64,000 nt of DNA, taken from assembly GCA_947084965.1 (NCBI GenBank), contig CAMTUG010000001.1, forward strand, positions 74,166 through 138,165, in the 5' to 3' direction. The notes beneath the pieces were generated by a model. It had not been told where the DNA came from and made no database searches. It saw only the letters and a program-made list of their open reading frames with translations. This stretch comes from an uncultured Parcubacteria group bacterium (lineage in GTDB: Bacteria > Patescibacteriota > Patescibacteriia > UBA9934 > CAMTUG01). Position numbers and translations under genes: made by a program. Positions 35,398 to 46,428 of this stretch are shown here, in pieces; positions within the stretch are counted from its first letter, which is position 1, and every line of letters starts with the position of its first letter.

Positions 35398-36657
35398 CTA
35401 CAGCAAATCACGCACATGTTTGATGGACGTGAACGGCTGCATCCCAAACCGTACAACCTCGGCCGCACGCCGATCCATAAAAGGAACTGCCCGGACCTCC
35501 CCGCCCAATCCGACTTCACCGACCACGACCTGATCTTTAAATGACGTCTCCCGTTTCGCGGAAAGAATCGCCGCGAGCACAGCCAAATCAACGGCCGGTT
35601 CTTTGATCTTCAGCCCTCCGACGATATTGACATAGACATCGCTCTCGTCGAGTTTCGCTCCAGCGTGACGATTCGCGATGGCGATGAGTAACTGCAATCG
35701 ATTAACATCAAAGCCCGATGCGCGACGGACAGGGTAGCCGTAACTTGTTTTATCGACGAGCGCCTGCACTTCAACGAGCACAGGTCGTTTGCCTTCCATC
35801 ACACAGGTCACGACTGATCCTGGTCCAGCCGTCCGTTCGGATAAGAATCGTTCTGAAGGATTTGGTACGGCGACGAGTCCAGCGCTCGTCATCTCAAAGA
35901 TCCCGACTTCATCCGTTGAACCAAATCGATTTTTCTCTGCGCGCAAAATACGGTAGGCGCTCGCTGGATCTCCTTCAAGGGTCATCACGACGTCAACCAA
36001 GTGCTCGAGCATTTTTGGCCCAGCCACAGATCCGTCTTTGGTGATCTGCCCCACGATAATGATCGGCGTTCCGCTGCGTTTGGCAAGTTCGACGAGCTTA
36101 ACGGCACTCGCCCGTACTTGCGAAGGCGACCCCGGCAATCCCTCAACGTCTTGCGTCGAGCAGGTTTGAATCGAATCGACGATCACAAGAGTAGGGGAGA
36201 GTTTTTCCACGGCGCCGGCGATCGCTTCGACAGTGGTCTCTTCAATCATCTTCACATGTTCCAGTGCTGCTCCCACGCGCTCCAGACGCATCCGGATCTG
36301 CGTCGGTGACTCTTCACCAGAAGAGAGTAAGACATTTTTAAACGAGGAAGAAAGGAGCTGGCTGAGCAATGTCGATTTGCCGATTCCAGGTTCGCCTGCG
36401 AGCAAGATGATGCCACCAGGCACGACCCCTCCTCCGAGCACACGATCTAATTCACTAATTCCTGTCGGAGTGTGTTTGGTCCCACCGACAGACTTCGTAT
36501 CCCAATCAACGACCGTTGCTTTGCCAACGGCCGCGCGATTCGCTGTCTTTCCGGTCGGCACATCGTCCTCCTCGCTGAGCGTCCCCCACGCCCCGCACGT
36601 CCCGCACCGTCCGGCCCACTTCAGGTGCTGGGCGTCACACTTGGTGCAATGGAACAT
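35398..36657 (-). CDS. radA: DNA repair protein RadA/Sms
   Basis: N-terminal C4 zinc finger, GEPGIGKST Walker A, KNRFG motif, Lon-like C-domain. Confidence 0.9.
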   Translation of the reverse strand: MFHCTKCDAQHLKWAGRCGTCGAWGTLSEEDDVPTGKTANRAAVGKATVVDWDTKSVGGTKHTPTGISELDRVLGGGVVPGGIILLAGEPGIGKSTLLSQLLSSSFKNVLLSSGEESPTQIRMRLERVGAALEHVKMIEETTVEAIAGAVEKLSPTLVIVDSIQTCSTQDVEGLPGSPSQVRASAVKLVELAKRSGTPIIIVGQITKDGSVAGPKMLEHLVDVVMTLEGDPASAYRILRAEKNRFGSTDEVGIFEMTSAGLVAVPNPSERFLSERTAGPGSVVTCVMEGKRPVLVEVQALVDKTSYGYPVRRASGFDVNRLQLLIAIANRHAGAKLDESDVYVNIVGGLKIKEPAVDLAVLAAILSAKRETSFKDQVVVGEVGLGGEVRAVPFMDRRAAEVVRFGMQPFTSIKHVRDLL

Positions 36658-36663
36658 AAGTGA

Positions 36664-38094
36664 TTATTCGCAGGTAATCTGACCTGTATCCGAGTTTGTT
36701 TCGCAGACGCGCTCTTCGGTCGAGGATTCTCCCGCTCCTACCGTCGAGAGATCGGTGTAATTTTCGTCTAAACAGGCGATCAGCGGCGTACGGGAGCTGC
36801 CGTAGAAGAGGGAACCGTGGGCGTGTGGCCCGGAGGTATTGCCGGACGCTTTCCAGTTTTGGCAGTCACAGTCCGTGTTGCCGCCATATGGGCTGCCACA
36901 TTCTGTTCCTTGGTCCGTACACCAACCGCGCTGAGACATCGACCATCCTTGTGGAACGTCTTCGGCCGAGGTAGCGCAACAGCGGCCACCGATGTAACCG
37001 ATGACATCTCCGGCCTTTACGTTCGGAGGATTTCCTTCCAGATTCGTTGCGAACGCTTTAACGTGGCAGATCGTGAATCGTCCGCCGCCTGTTAGATTGA
37101 CGTCAATATAGTTTCCACAACGATTTGATCCATCGCCAGCGACAAATTCGACTGTCCCATCACCTGGTGCAACGACTTCGCTCCCCCACGCAGCGGGAAA
37201 ATCCAAACCAGCGGTCATCTCCTCCCAATCATAGTCGGCATCGCGAAAATGGTAGTTGCACGAGAATGGTTGGCCGTTCGGGGAGTAGAGCGGCTGGGAG
37301 AGTGGACAGGAATCTGACGCTTGAGCCAAATCAAAGGCTCCCTCACAATCCGATGCTGATCCGCCCCCGCTTTCTCCTTCAAGCCCTGAAGTGTCGAGGT
37401 CGAGCGTTACCGCTTCAACTTCGACCAGCTGAATTGATTTGAGCTCTGTTAATTCGGGGTTGACTACGCGAAGGATGACGTACGCTCCCATAATCAGGAT
37501 CAATCCGATCGCCGCGTTCTGAATGCGTTTCTTCGCTGCGTCGGCATGGCCAACCGAGGAGCCGATCATATATTGCACCCCGCCGATCATGATCATGACG
37601 ATCGCTACGATCGCGGATGCTCCCAGCAAGTAGATGTAAACGCCGTTAATGTACTCTGCCAGAAAATTGATCTGCAATTTTCCATCGCGACTCAAAACAT
37701 CCCCAAAGGAAAGCCCGGGAATATCGATCGCGAGGTCCGGGGTAAGGTACGTGTGGCGAATCGCTTCGGCGGCCTGCGAGGTGATCTCTTCACTACTGAA
37801 GACGTACGTGCTGTCAAAAATTTTATAGATGCTTCCGGGGTTCTCCGACTGTTCAATCTCGGCCCAAATCCTACACGTCTCATCACAAGATGCTTCATCC
37901 GTGATTCCTTCATCCGTCATGTCAATCTTCTGGATGTTACTGGTTACGCATGTTCCACTTCTTCCGCTGATTTCGACATCATAGCTGCACTCTTTGACGG
38001 TGTATTCACACGTACAGCTTCCGGGAACCTGTGGCTCCTGAGCGAGGACCGATTGAGGAAGGAAGAGGAGTGACAATACGATGAAGAATCGCAT
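36664..38094 (-). CDS. Secreted/membrane M23 family metallopeptidase
   Basis: Signal peptide; GNYIDVNLTGGGRFTICHV...GDVIGYIGG...GPHAHG motifs. Confidence 0.65.
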   Translation of the reverse strand: MRFFIVLSLLFLPQSVLAQEPQVPGSCTCEYTVKECSYDVEISGRSGTCVTSNIQKIDMTDEGITDEASCDETCRIWAEIEQSENPGSIYKIFDSTYVFSSEEITSQAAEAIRHTYLTPDLAIDIPGLSFGDVLSRDGKLQINFLAEYINGVYIYLLGASAIVAIVMIMIGGVQYMIGSSVGHADAAKKRIQNAAIGLILIMGAYVILRVVNPELTELKSIQLVEVEAVTLDLDTSGLEGESGGGSASDCEGAFDLAQASDSCPLSQPLYSPNGQPFSCNYHFRDADYDWEEMTAGLDFPAAWGSEVVAPGDGTVEFVAGDGSNRCGNYIDVNLTGGGRFTICHVKAFATNLEGNPPNVKAGDVIGYIGGRCCATSAEDVPQGWSMSQRGWCTDQGTECGSPYGGNTDCDCQNWKASGNTSGPHAHGSLFYGSSRTPLIACLDENYTDLSTVGAGESSTEERVCETNSDTGQITCE

Positions 38095-38096
38095 AT

Positions 38097-38756
38097 CTAA
38101 CGAGCACTGATCAGTGAACGAACGATCGCTTCGAGGTCGGCAAGGGACGTCGCGCCGGTAAAGCGTTCTTCCCCGATAAAGAGCGTGGGAGTTGATTTGA
38201 GATCAAGGGCGAGACCTTCGTTAAACGTTTTCTTGACGATCGGGAGCGGTTCCTGGCTGGCGTAGCATTCTTGGAACGCTCGGGTATCTAATTGTAAGTC
38301 CTGAGCGATCGCCAGATAGGTCTGATCGTTTTGTTGGGATTGACGCAAAAAGAGTTCATCGTGGTACGGCCAGAATGCATCCTGTGCTCCTGCGCACCGT
38401 GCTGCGAGAGCGGCTGGAGTTGCCTGTGTGTGCAACGATTCATTGGGAAAATCTTTCCAAACGACACGAACATCTTCTGGAAATTTTTGTTGGAGCGAAG
38501 CGAGCGTTGAGGCCATCTTGGCGCATGGCTCGCAGGCAAAATCGCCGAACTCCACGATCGTCACCGCTGCTTCTGCCGGCCCTTTGCTCGGATCGATGAA
38601 GGTGATCGTCGGTTTGGAGAGCATGATTCGTTCCGGCTCGGTGATCTGAATCTTCTCTTCATCGCGGGACGCAAAGGCAAAGAAGATCATCGTCACCACG
38701 AGAAAAAATCCGAGTACGATCAGGATATGCCATCGATAGACATGAGCGGTTGCCAT
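38097..38756 (-). CDS. DsbA-like thiol:disulfide oxidoreductase
   Basis: N-terminal TM, thioredoxin CEPC active site. Confidence 0.75.
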   Translation of the reverse strand: MATAHVYRWHILIVLGFFLVVTMIFFAFASRDEEKIQITEPERIMLSKPTITFIDPSKGPAEAAVTIVEFGDFACEPCAKMASTLASLQQKFPEDVRVVWKDFPNESLHTQATPAALAARCAGAQDAFWPYHDELFLRQSQQNDQTYLAIAQDLQLDTRAFQECYASQEPLPIVKKTFNEGLALDLKSTPTLFIGEERFTGATSLADLEAIVRSLISAR

Positions 38757-38757
38757 A

Positions 38758-39996
38758 TTATTTCAATCGCATTTGTTGCAAGCGGCCGTCTTCATCTGTG
38801 TAGTACAAATAACGACCGTCTGCCGAAACAGCCAAGTTGGACATCTGGGTCCGGTCTTCTGGCTCGCCAATCAGCCGAACCTTTCCGCTATCGACGTCGA
38901 TGCGGTAGATGGAATCTTGGATCGTGTTTATGGCTGGTTGGAGCCCGGCATTTTCTGGTAAGTATTGGGGCACGGCGCAGTAGATCGTTGAAGCGTCGGC
39001 AAAGGTGCATTTTTCAACCCAGGTGTTGAGACCGAGCGAGCGACGGTCGTCTCCCATCGTTTTTGGAGTACCGTCGACGATCCACAGCAGCGGCCGATAA
39101 CTGCTTGTTGGACCGGTGACGTCATAGAGAATTCGGGCGCCATCCGGTGACCAGATCGCATGAAACGCTAACCCTTCGACTACCAGTCCTTTGAAATTTT
39201 CGTCGTTCTTGCCAATGGGGAGGATCATGTTGCGGCCGAATCCGCTTTGCGAACCTCCGGTGTTAGAAAAGGCGACGACCTGATCGTTTGGCGACCAGGC
39301 AACATCGACGAGGTCGGCGTTGTCGCCAAGAGCGGCGATGACCTGTGTCTTGCTTCCGTCCGTTGAAGTGACGACCAGCGCTCGCGCATTCGGGTCATTG
39401 CCGATCGATTTGGCGATGACCTCTGTGCCTGTACTTGAGAAATCAAACTCTTCCCAGTGGGCGGGGAGGGTGGTTTGGTCTTCGCTTTCAAAGTCGTAAA
39501 TGATGTTTGATCCGTCCGGGAATTCAATGACCACCGTATCGGCCGCTTCGTCCAAGACGATCGTTTCGGCGTCGGGGAACGTTGCGTCTGAGAGAGGGCT
39601 TATTTCGCCGTCACTATTGACGGTATAGAATTTTCCGTCATCCGGGTCGTAATAGTTGACGCCCGAGCCATCGCCCGCGAGGGTTGCGGCCATGATTTCA
39701 CTTGCGGTTAACCGTTCCGTTTGGGTAATGCCGCCATCGGCCACCTCCGCCACGGGAAGATCGGTCGTTCCCGTTGTAGGTGAGGTCGGTCTTGTGGGGC
39801 TCCCTTCGCCCGCACCTGGGAGTCCGCTCGTGCCGCCTGGTTCTTCCTCAACCGACGGTGGTGTCGTAATGACCTGGGACGGGGATCGGAAAAAGACGGC
39901 GTAAATGGCATAAGCCACGACGACAATGATTCCAAGGAAACCGGCGATAAATAAAATACGCTTAAGTCGTTCTGACATATAAGCGTATTTTATCAC
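38758..39996 (-). CDS. Membrane-anchored beta-propeller protein (TolB C-terminal/PD40-like repeats)
   Basis: N-terminal TM, Pro/Thr/Gly linker, repeated SPDG/SADG..Y motifs. Confidence 0.5.
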   Translation of the reverse strand: MIKYAYMSERLKRILFIAGFLGIIVVVAYAIYAVFFRSPSQVITTPPSVEEEPGGTSGLPGAGEGSPTRPTSPTTGTTDLPVAEVADGGITQTERLTASEIMAATLAGDGSGVNYYDPDDGKFYTVNSDGEISPLSDATFPDAETIVLDEAADTVVIEFPDGSNIIYDFESEDQTTLPAHWEEFDFSSTGTEVIAKSIGNDPNARALVVTSTDGSKTQVIAALGDNADLVDVAWSPNDQVVAFSNTGGSQSGFGRNMILPIGKNDENFKGLVVEGLAFHAIWSPDGARILYDVTGPTSSYRPLLWIVDGTPKTMGDDRRSLGLNTWVEKCTFADASTIYCAVPQYLPENAGLQPAINTIQDSIYRIDVDSGKVRLIGEPEDRTQMSNLAVSADGRYLYYTDEDGRLQQMRLK

Positions 39997-40002
39997 GATC
40001 TG

Positions 40003-40866
40003 TTAGTTGTCGCTAACGGTGGCCACATCGATCAGGTTGACGTTTAATTCCGACGCCGCTTGGCGCACCTCTGGTATGGTTGCTCCAGTGAGTGGGTCGA
40101 CAAAGAAGTAGTAGAGGAGGTACATCAGGAAGAGGACGAGGAAGAGGACGAGGAGCCCAAAAACAATTCCGACGATCGCTTCCCCCAGAGCCGTAAGGTC
40201 CGTAGCGATACGCGAAAGGTTCTCGGTCATTTTGACCGGGTTTTTTGTGAGGAATCGAACTTTTGGCGGGGTGAGGATCGTTGCCACGCTGTTGAGTGGC
40301 TCTTCGCTCGTTCGGTATTTTATCCCTTTATTCAAACGATACAGAATGATGCCGAACGCCATCCAAGAAAAAAGGCCGAAATCCAAGCCCCAGACCGTGT
40401 CGGTTATTGCTGGGAGGGACGTTTGAACAGATTGCCAAAGTTTGATGCGGAATCCTTCCAGTTGTTCGCGCTGCTCTTCGGTGAGGGCCTTGTCAAGAAT
40501 TGAACCTTCCCGTTCCTTGATCTGTTGCAGCAGTGCACTGACCATTGCCACGGAACTGGCAGAGCGAATTTTCTGCGTTTGTTCCTGCAAGAACTTGGTG
40601 TATTCATCAAACTCATCCCCTTGGACAAACCCGCTGTCGTTCATGCGAGAGACAGCTGGATTCGTGTCGAGTGCGCCTTGGTTTGCCTGCGTCTGGGCGG
40701 TTTGGGCATCGAACTGCTCTTGGGCAGAGAGATTTTGAGGGATCGAAGTGGGCAGTGGGGAGCTTACGTCCATCGGCTGTGAACCATTAACGCGATCTTG
40801 CGCCTGCGAAGTTTGCAGGCGCTCGGCGCGGTCACGTTCTAAGGCTTGAGCCACGGCCATACGCAA
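40003..40866 (-). CDS. Hypothetical membrane protein
   Basis: C-terminal TM helices, 287 aa. Confidence 0.45.
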   Translation of the reverse strand: MRMAVAQALERDRAERLQTSQAQDRVNGSQPMDVSSPLPTSIPQNLSAQEQFDAQTAQTQANQGALDTNPAVSRMNDSGFVQGDEFDEYTKFLQEQTQKIRSASSVAMVSALLQQIKEREGSILDKALTEEQREQLEGFRIKLWQSVQTSLPAITDTVWGLDFGLFSWMAFGIILYRLNKGIKYRTSEEPLNSVATILTPPKVRFLTKNPVKMTENLSRIATDLTALGEAIVGIVFGLLVLFLVLFLMYLLYYFFVDPLTGATIPEVRQAASELNVNLIDVATVSDN

Positions 40867-40888
40867 TGTCGGGGATCAGGCGCGATCC

Positions 40889-43351
40889 TTAACGCTTCTT
40901 GACCGCAATTGTACCACGGCTGACTTTAGCAGAGAGCGAAAGGGGACGGCTGTGAGCGAGGGCGAAGTCGGCTACGGCATTTTCGAGATCAGTTTGAATC
41001 AGGCGACGTAGATCGCGGGCGCCAAGTTTCTGATTGGCTTTACTGGCGAGGTGGGCGCCGAGGTCGTCGGTAACGTTGAGATCAATCCGTTCGAGGGCAA
41101 GTCGGGCGGTCAATTCGTTCAGGAGTTTGTTGGCGATCAGGGCGAGTGTTTCATTCCCGAGAGGTTGGAAGACCGCTGTGTGATCGATGCGATTGAGTAA
41201 TTCTGGGCGGAAGGACTCCTCGAGCTCCTGACGGAGATCGTGAGTCAGAAGAGTGGGCTTTTCTCCGGCAGCGTTGAAGCCAATGTCGCCTCGTTCGAGT
41301 TTGTCTGCTCCGGCATTGGTGGTCATCACCACGATCGTATTTTTGAAGTTGACGTTGCGGCCGGTCGCATCCGCGAGGGTGCCTGTTTCCAGAATCTGGA
41401 GCAAAAGATTGTGTACGTCGCGATGTGCTTTATCGATTTCGTCGAACAGCACCAAGCAATACGGCCGCGTTTTGACGCGATCCGTCAGCTTGGTCGGTTC
41501 ACGATAGCCGACATACCCGGCCGGCGCGCCGACGAGTTTGCTCACAGAAAATCCTTCGACAAATTCGCTCATGTCGAGCGAGACGAGAGCGGACGGATCT
41601 TGAAAGACTTCGGTCGCGAGGGCTCGGGCAAGTTCTGTCTTGCCGACCCCAGACGGCCCCATGAAGAGGAACGAGGCGAGCGGACGACGAGGATCACTGA
41701 TGTGGGCATGTGCCCGACGTACCGCGGCTGCAACCGCTTTAACCGCCATGTCCTGTCCGATCACCTGTGTGGCCAGCGTTGCTTCGAGGGTGTCTAGCCG
41801 ATGTTGCTCTCCGACCAACGTCGCCAGAGGGATGCCGGTCATACGGGTAATCGTTTCGGCCACGTCGCGATCGGTCAGGGTGGCGTGCCGATCAGCTTCC
41901 TTGGTACCGGGTTTGGCCAGCTCGGCAAGCAGTCGTGTTTCTTCGTCTTTCAGTGCAGCTGCATCATCAAATTGTTCCTCAATGATGGCCTGGCGCTTTT
42001 TCTCGCGAAGATCGCGCAGACGACGTTCAAGGTCAAGATGGGCTGGCGGGGCGGCATTTTTTACCGCGCGCAATCGCACCGCCGACCCTGTTTCGTCGAT
42101 CAGATCAAGCGCTTTGTCTGGCTGATGGCGTTCCGGGATGTAACGATTAGAAAGGGTGATCGCTGCGTTTAACGCCTGATCTGCGATCGTCACATGGTGG
42201 TACGATTCGTACTGTGCTTTTACACCGTTCAAAATTTGGAGAGTCTCTTCCGCATCCGGTTCTGTCACCATAAGTGGACAGAATCGGCGCTCAAGGGCGG
42301 CGTCGGTTTCAAAATTCTTTTTGTACTCCGCTTGGGTGGTAGCCCCAATGCAGTGGATGTCGCCGCGAGCCAGCGCTGGTTTTAAAATATTAGCTGCGTC
42401 CATCGAACCGGTCGCCGCGCCAGCACCGATCATGGTGTGTACTTCGTCGATGAAGAGAATGACGTCCGTGCGCTTCTGCACTTCGTCCACGATCTGTTTT
42501 AAGCGCCCTTCGAATTCACCGCGATAGGCCGTGCCAGCGACGACAAGCGAGAGATCAAGGGCATACAACCGCTTGCCAGCGAGCGGGGGAGGGACGCGAC
42601 CCTCGACGATCCGTTTGGCCAGCCCTTCGACGATCGCGGTTTTTCCCACGCCCGGTTCGCCGAGCAAGATCGGATTATTTTTCATCCGGCGGCAGAGAAT
42701 CTGTTGGACGCGCTCAATTTCCGGTTCGCGGCCGATGACCGGATCGATCTTTTTTTGTGCTTCCGGACTCGTCAGTTCATAACAGAAATAATCAAGGGCA
42801 GGGTTTTTTTGTTCTTCTTTCGTCACCGCGCCATCTTTGGTTTGCACTTCTTCTTTTCTTTTTCCTCGTTCCTCTTTCCCAACCACCCCAGACGCCAGAT
42901 CGGGGAATCGTGAAGTGCTTTTGAGAACGGTGGCCACCTCGTCACTTAGATGTTCAACATCAATCCCTTCCGCATGGAGAAAATCCATCACCGTTGTCGG
43001 GGCGATCTGTAAAAGTCCGCTGAGCAGGTGTTCGGTCCCGACATAGCGATGGTCATACGTATTGGCAGTGAGAACCGCTTTTTCTACTATGCGGCGTGCT
43101 TCGTCCGAGAGCACAGGCAGGACGTTACCGATCGTGGCCCGAGGGACACGCAACAGTAAGGCACGCACACCGTCGAGTTTGACTTCGGCTTTGACGAGGA
43201 GCTCCGCACCGATCGATCCTTTTTGTGATGCGAGAGCCCACAAGAGATGCTCGGGTAGCACCGCCTCCTGACCATTTTCGACAACAAAAGTCAACGCGCG
43301 CGTGAGCACGTTTTTTAAGTGGGTCGTAAATTTGTTGACGATCTCTTGCAT
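40889..43351 (-). CDS. clpC: AAA+ chaperone ClpC/ClpB family ATPase
   Basis: Clp_N repeats, two Walker A ([22 protein letters not shown]); start MQEIVNKF at 43351; ORF upstream of it is repeat-encoded. Confidence 0.85.
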   Translation of the reverse strand: MQEIVNKFTTHLKNVLTRALTFVVENGQEAVLPEHLLWALASQKGSIGAELLVKAEVKLDGVRALLLRVPRATIGNVLPVLSDEARRIVEKAVLTANTYDHRYVGTEHLLSGLLQIAPTTVMDFLHAEGIDVEHLSDEVATVLKSTSRFPDLASGVVGKEERGKRKEEVQTKDGAVTKEEQKNPALDYFCYELTSPEAQKKIDPVIGREPEIERVQQILCRRMKNNPILLGEPGVGKTAIVEGLAKRIVEGRVPPPLAGKRLYALDLSLVVAGTAYRGEFEGRLKQIVDEVQKRTDVILFIDEVHTMIGAGAATGSMDAANILKPALARGDIHCIGATTQAEYKKNFETDAALERRFCPLMVTEPDAEETLQILNGVKAQYESYHHVTIADQALNAAITLSNRYIPERHQPDKALDLIDETGSAVRLRAVKNAAPPAHLDLERRLRDLREKKRQAIIEEQFDDAAALKDEETRLLAELAKPGTKEADRHATLTDRDVAETITRMTGIPLATLVGEQHRLDTLEATLATQVIGQDMAVKAVAAAVRRAHAHISDPRRPLASFLFMGPSGVGKTELARALATEVFQDPSALVSLDMSEFVEGFSVSKLVGAPAGYVGYREPTKLTDRVKTRPYCLVLFDEIDKAHRDVHNLLLQILETGTLADATGRNVNFKNTIVVMTTNAGADKLERGDIGFNAAGEKPTLLTHDLRQELEESFRPELLNRIDHTAVFQPLGNETLALIANKLLNELTARLALERIDLNVTDDLGAHLASKANQKLGARDLRRLIQTDLENAVADFALAHSRPLSLSAKVSRGTIAVKKR

Positions 43352-43357
43352 AAGGTT

Positions 43358-43470
43358 AGAAATCCGAAATTCGAATATCGAAATACGAAATAAGCGGAAA
43401 CCGGAAAGTTCGAATTTCAAATTTTTCTCTTTCCGATTCGAATTTGTTTCGTATTTCGAATTTCGTATTT
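43358..43470. repeat. Palindromic intergenic repeat, copy f (between htpX stop and clpC start)
   Basis: gaaatacgaaat...ttgtttcgtatttcgaatttcgtattt. Confidence 0.75.
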
Positions 43471-43477
43471 TTTATCT

Positions 43478-44392
43478 TCATACCCCCATGCTACGCAGGC
43501 GTTTAATGCGTTCTTCAACAGGCGGATGTGTGGAGAACCAGGAGGCGAGTTTGTTTCCCGGCCCGAACGGGTTTGAGATGTAGAGGTGGGCGGTGGCGTG
43601 GTTGGCCTTTTTCATCGGAGCGCCGTACGCCCGGATCTTTTCGAGAGCGCTGGCTAATCCTTCAGGGTAGCGGGTCAGAAGCGCACCGGATGCGTCTGCC
43701 AAATATTCGCGTTGGCGTGATACGGCGAGTTTAATCAGTTCGGCAAAAAACGGAGAGAGGATCGAGAGGACGAGGCCGATCACAAAGAGGGCGATCGTTG
43801 CTTGATTGTGTTCGCGATTGCGACCAAACATGAACGAGCGTAGCATCCAGTCTGCAAGCAAGGTCACGATACCGACGAGGACGATGACGATCGTCATCAC
43901 GAGGATGTCGTAGTTTTTGATGTGCGACATCTCGTGAGCCAGCACCCCTTCAAGTTCTTTTTTCTCCATGATACGCAGAAGCCCGGTCGTCACGGCTACG
44001 CTCGCATGTTCAGGGTTGCGGCCGGTAGCGAAGGCGTTTGGGGCATCGTCTTGAACGATGTAGACCTTGGGCATTGGGGTGCCGTTGGTGATCGCCAGAT
44101 TCTCGATAATTCTCCAGAGTTCCGGGGCCTGATCCTTTTCAATCTGTTTTGCTCCGGAAGTGGCGAGGGCTAATTTGTCGCCGCCGAAGTAACTGATGAG
44201 CGACATCGTCGTCGCAAGGATCGTCGCAAGAACGATTCCGCTCGTGGCATCGCCATTTGCTTCCCCGAAGACCCAACCGATCGTCAGAATCAGGACGGAG
44301 AAGAGGGTGACCAGCAAAACGGTTTTGCGTTTGTTGGAAGCAATCTGGTTATACACAGAAATACGAAATACGAATATCGAAATTCGAAACAA
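43478..44392 (-). CDS. htpX: Zinc metalloprotease HtpX (M48); annotated N-terminus (MFRISIFVFRISV) is repeat-encoded and start is uncertain
   Basis: HEMSHIKNYD HExxH motif, 4 TM. Confidence 0.8.
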   Translation of the reverse strand: MFRISIFVFRISVYNQIASNKRKTVLLVTLFSVLILTIGWVFGEANGDATSGIVLATILATTMSLISYFGGDKLALATSGAKQIEKDQAPELWRIIENLAITNGTPMPKVYIVQDDAPNAFATGRNPEHASVAVTTGLLRIMEKKELEGVLAHEMSHIKNYDILVMTIVIVLVGIVTLLADWMLRSFMFGRNREHNQATIALFVIGLVLSILSPFFAELIKLAVSRQREYLADASGALLTRYPEGLASALEKIRAYGAPMKKANHATAHLYISNPFGPGNKLASWFSTHPPVEERIKRLRSMGV

Positions 44393-44478
44393 TTGGAAAC
44401 GTGAAAGGGAAACGTGTTTGCGAATTTTCTCTTTTCATTTCGAATGTGTTTCGTATTTCGTTTTTCGAATTTAGAATT
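44357..44478. repeat. Palindromic intergenic repeat, copy g (between lemA stop and htpX start)
   Basis: gaaatacgaaatacgaatatcgaaattcgaaacaat ... gtgtttcgtatttcgtttttcgaattt. Confidence 0.75.
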
Positions 44479-45025
44479 TAACCGCTGGAGCCTGGTGGAC
44501 TTCATCTGGGGCGTCAAAGAAATCGCGTTTGGTGAATTTGAGCATTCCAGCGATCAGGTTGGCAGGGAAGGTCTGTTGGGTCGTGTTGAAGTCGCGGACG
44601 TTGGCGTTGTAGAATCGGCGCGCGGCTTGGATTTTATCTTCGGCGTCTGAAAGCTCGGTCTGCAAGTGCAAGAAGTTTTGTGACGCTTGGAGGGCCGGAT
44701 AATTTTCGGCGACCGCGAAGAGGGACTTCAAGGTGTTGGTCAGCATGTTTTCTGCTTCGGCGTGCTGAGCAGCAGTTGTTGCGCCCATGGCGGCGGAACG
44801 CGCTTTGGTCACGTTCTCAAAGACCGACGATTCGTGTTTGGCATACCCTTTGACCGATTCGACCAAGTTCGGGATCAGATCGTAGCGGCGTTTCATCTGC
44901 ACTTCGATGTCCGACCAGGCTTCATCTGTACGATTGCGAAGCGTGATAAGCTTGTTAAACAACATCACGATCCAGAGGATCAACACCACGATCACGGCCC
45001 CGAGGATCAGCGGCAAATACATCAT
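44471..45025 (-). CDS. lemA: LemA family protein
   Basis: N-terminal TM plus conserved LemA region (NRTDEAWSDIEVQMKRRYDLIPNLV). Confidence 0.8.
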   Translation of the reverse strand: MMYLPLILGAVIVVLILWIVMLFNKLITLRNRTDEAWSDIEVQMKRRYDLIPNLVESVKGYAKHESSVFENVTKARSAAMGATTAAQHAEAENMLTNTLKSLFAVAENYPALQASQNFLHLQTELSDAEDKIQAARRFYNANVRDFNTTQQTFPANLIAGMLKFTKRDFFDAPDEVHQAPAVKF

Positions 45026-45090
45026 ACGAATATAGGCGTTAATTTACGTTTATGTTATCGTAGTAACTCGACAATGTCAAAAGAAAAATT

Positions 45091-46428
45091 ATGCCAATCT
45101 CAGAGGAAATTTTCCGCGCCTACGACATCCGTGGTTTGCTCGAACAGGTCACACCTGAGGTAGCTAAAGCCGCCGGGATGGCCTTGGTCAGAAAAACAGG
45201 GGCCAAGACGGTTATTGTCGGTCGAGATATGCGCTCTACCAGCCCCGAATTACAGGCGGCGGCGATCGAAGGGATCACCGAGGCGGGGGCGAACGTGATC
45301 GATATCGGTTTGTGCACAACATCGATGTACAATTTCGCTGTTTCGAGCCAGCCCCATGTGGATGCGGGGCTGATGGTCACCGCTTCGCACAATCCGCCGG
45401 AATACAACGGAATCAAAATGGCCCTTGCGAGCGGGATGCCGGTTTCTGGGATCGAGATCCTTTCTGTCATCAAGGAAGGCACGACGTCGTCCGCAACAAA
45501 AGGAGCGGTTAGTGAGCAAGACATTCTTTCTGCTTACATTGATTTTTGTCTCCGCGCGACCGACGTTTCAGATCTAAAAGGGACAAAGCTGGTTGTCGAT
45601 TATGGCAACGGGATGGGCGCGTTGTCCGTTCGTCCGCTTGCCAAGCGACTTGGAATCACGCTCATCGAACTCTATCCAGAACCAGATGCCCGTTTCCCAA
45701 ATCATGAAGCGAACCCGGCCAATGAAAAGAATTTGGCTGACGCCCGTGCAGCGGTTGTGCGCGAAGGGGCTGACTTCGCGATCGCGATTGATGGGGATGC
45801 GGATCGCATGGCATTCATCGATAACGAAGGTGTGCCACTGCGCGGAGATCAGACGCTTGCGCTCATGGCCGAAGATCTTTTGGTCAAGCGTCCAGGTGCA
45901 AAGGTGGTCTCGGCGCCAAACCAAGGGTGGGCTGTTCGTGATGCAGTTGAAAAGCATGGCGGTACGATCGTGGAACAACGCATCGGACGCACCTTTGTGA
46001 TTAAAGCGATGCACGATACTCATGCTCAGCTCGGCGGTGAAGTTTCTAGTCATTTCTTTTTCGAAGAGACGCATGGACTCGAAGCGATCGACTACGCTTT
46101 GGTACGGGTGTTGTCGATCTGGAAGCGTTCAGGAAAAACGTTTGCCGAATTGGTGCGACCGCTGCGTCAGTACGCCAACAGCTGGGAGGTCAACATTCAC
46201 GTTGCCGATAAAGCATCAGTGCTGGCGCGACTTGAAGAAACGTACGTCTCGGCGGCAACGGCTGTAAATCGTCTCGACGGCTTGCGTTGCGAGTTTGATC
46301 GCGACTGGTGGTTCATCGTCCGTCCATCAAACACCGAACCATTGTTGCGCCTGACCGTCGAAGCGAACTCACAGGAGTTGATGGAACAGAAACGCGACGA
46401 ATTAGCGACATTTATTCAAGCGATGTGA
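45091..46428 (+). CDS. Phosphoglucomutase/phosphomannomutase
   Basis: Active-site TASHNP, Mg-binding DGDADR. Confidence 0.85.
   Translation: MPISEEIFRAYDIRGLLEQVTPEVAKAAGMALVRKTGAKTVIVGRDMRSTSPELQAAAIEGITEAGANVIDIGLCTTSMYNFAVSSQPHVDAGLMVTASHNPPEYNGIKMALASGMPVSGIEILSVIKEGTTSSATKGAVSEQDILSAYIDFCLRATDVSDLKGTKLVVDYGNGMGALSVRPLAKRLGITLIELYPEPDARFPNHEANPANEKNLADARAAVVREGADFAIAIDGDADRMAFIDNEGVPLRGDQTLALMAEDLLVKRPGAKVVSAPNQGWAVRDAVEKHGGTIVEQRIGRTFVIKAMHDTHAQLGGEVSSHFFFEETHGLEAIDYALVRVLSIWKRSGKTFAELVRPLRQYANSWEVNIHVADKASVLARLEETYVSAATAVNRLDGLRCEFDRDWWFIVRPSNTEPLLRLTVEANSQELMEQKRDELATFIQAM

Noticed and set aside
44687-45163. 158-aa plus-strand ORF
   Set aside because: Antisense to the well-supported lemA gene and overlaps the pgm start. 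It has no motifs.
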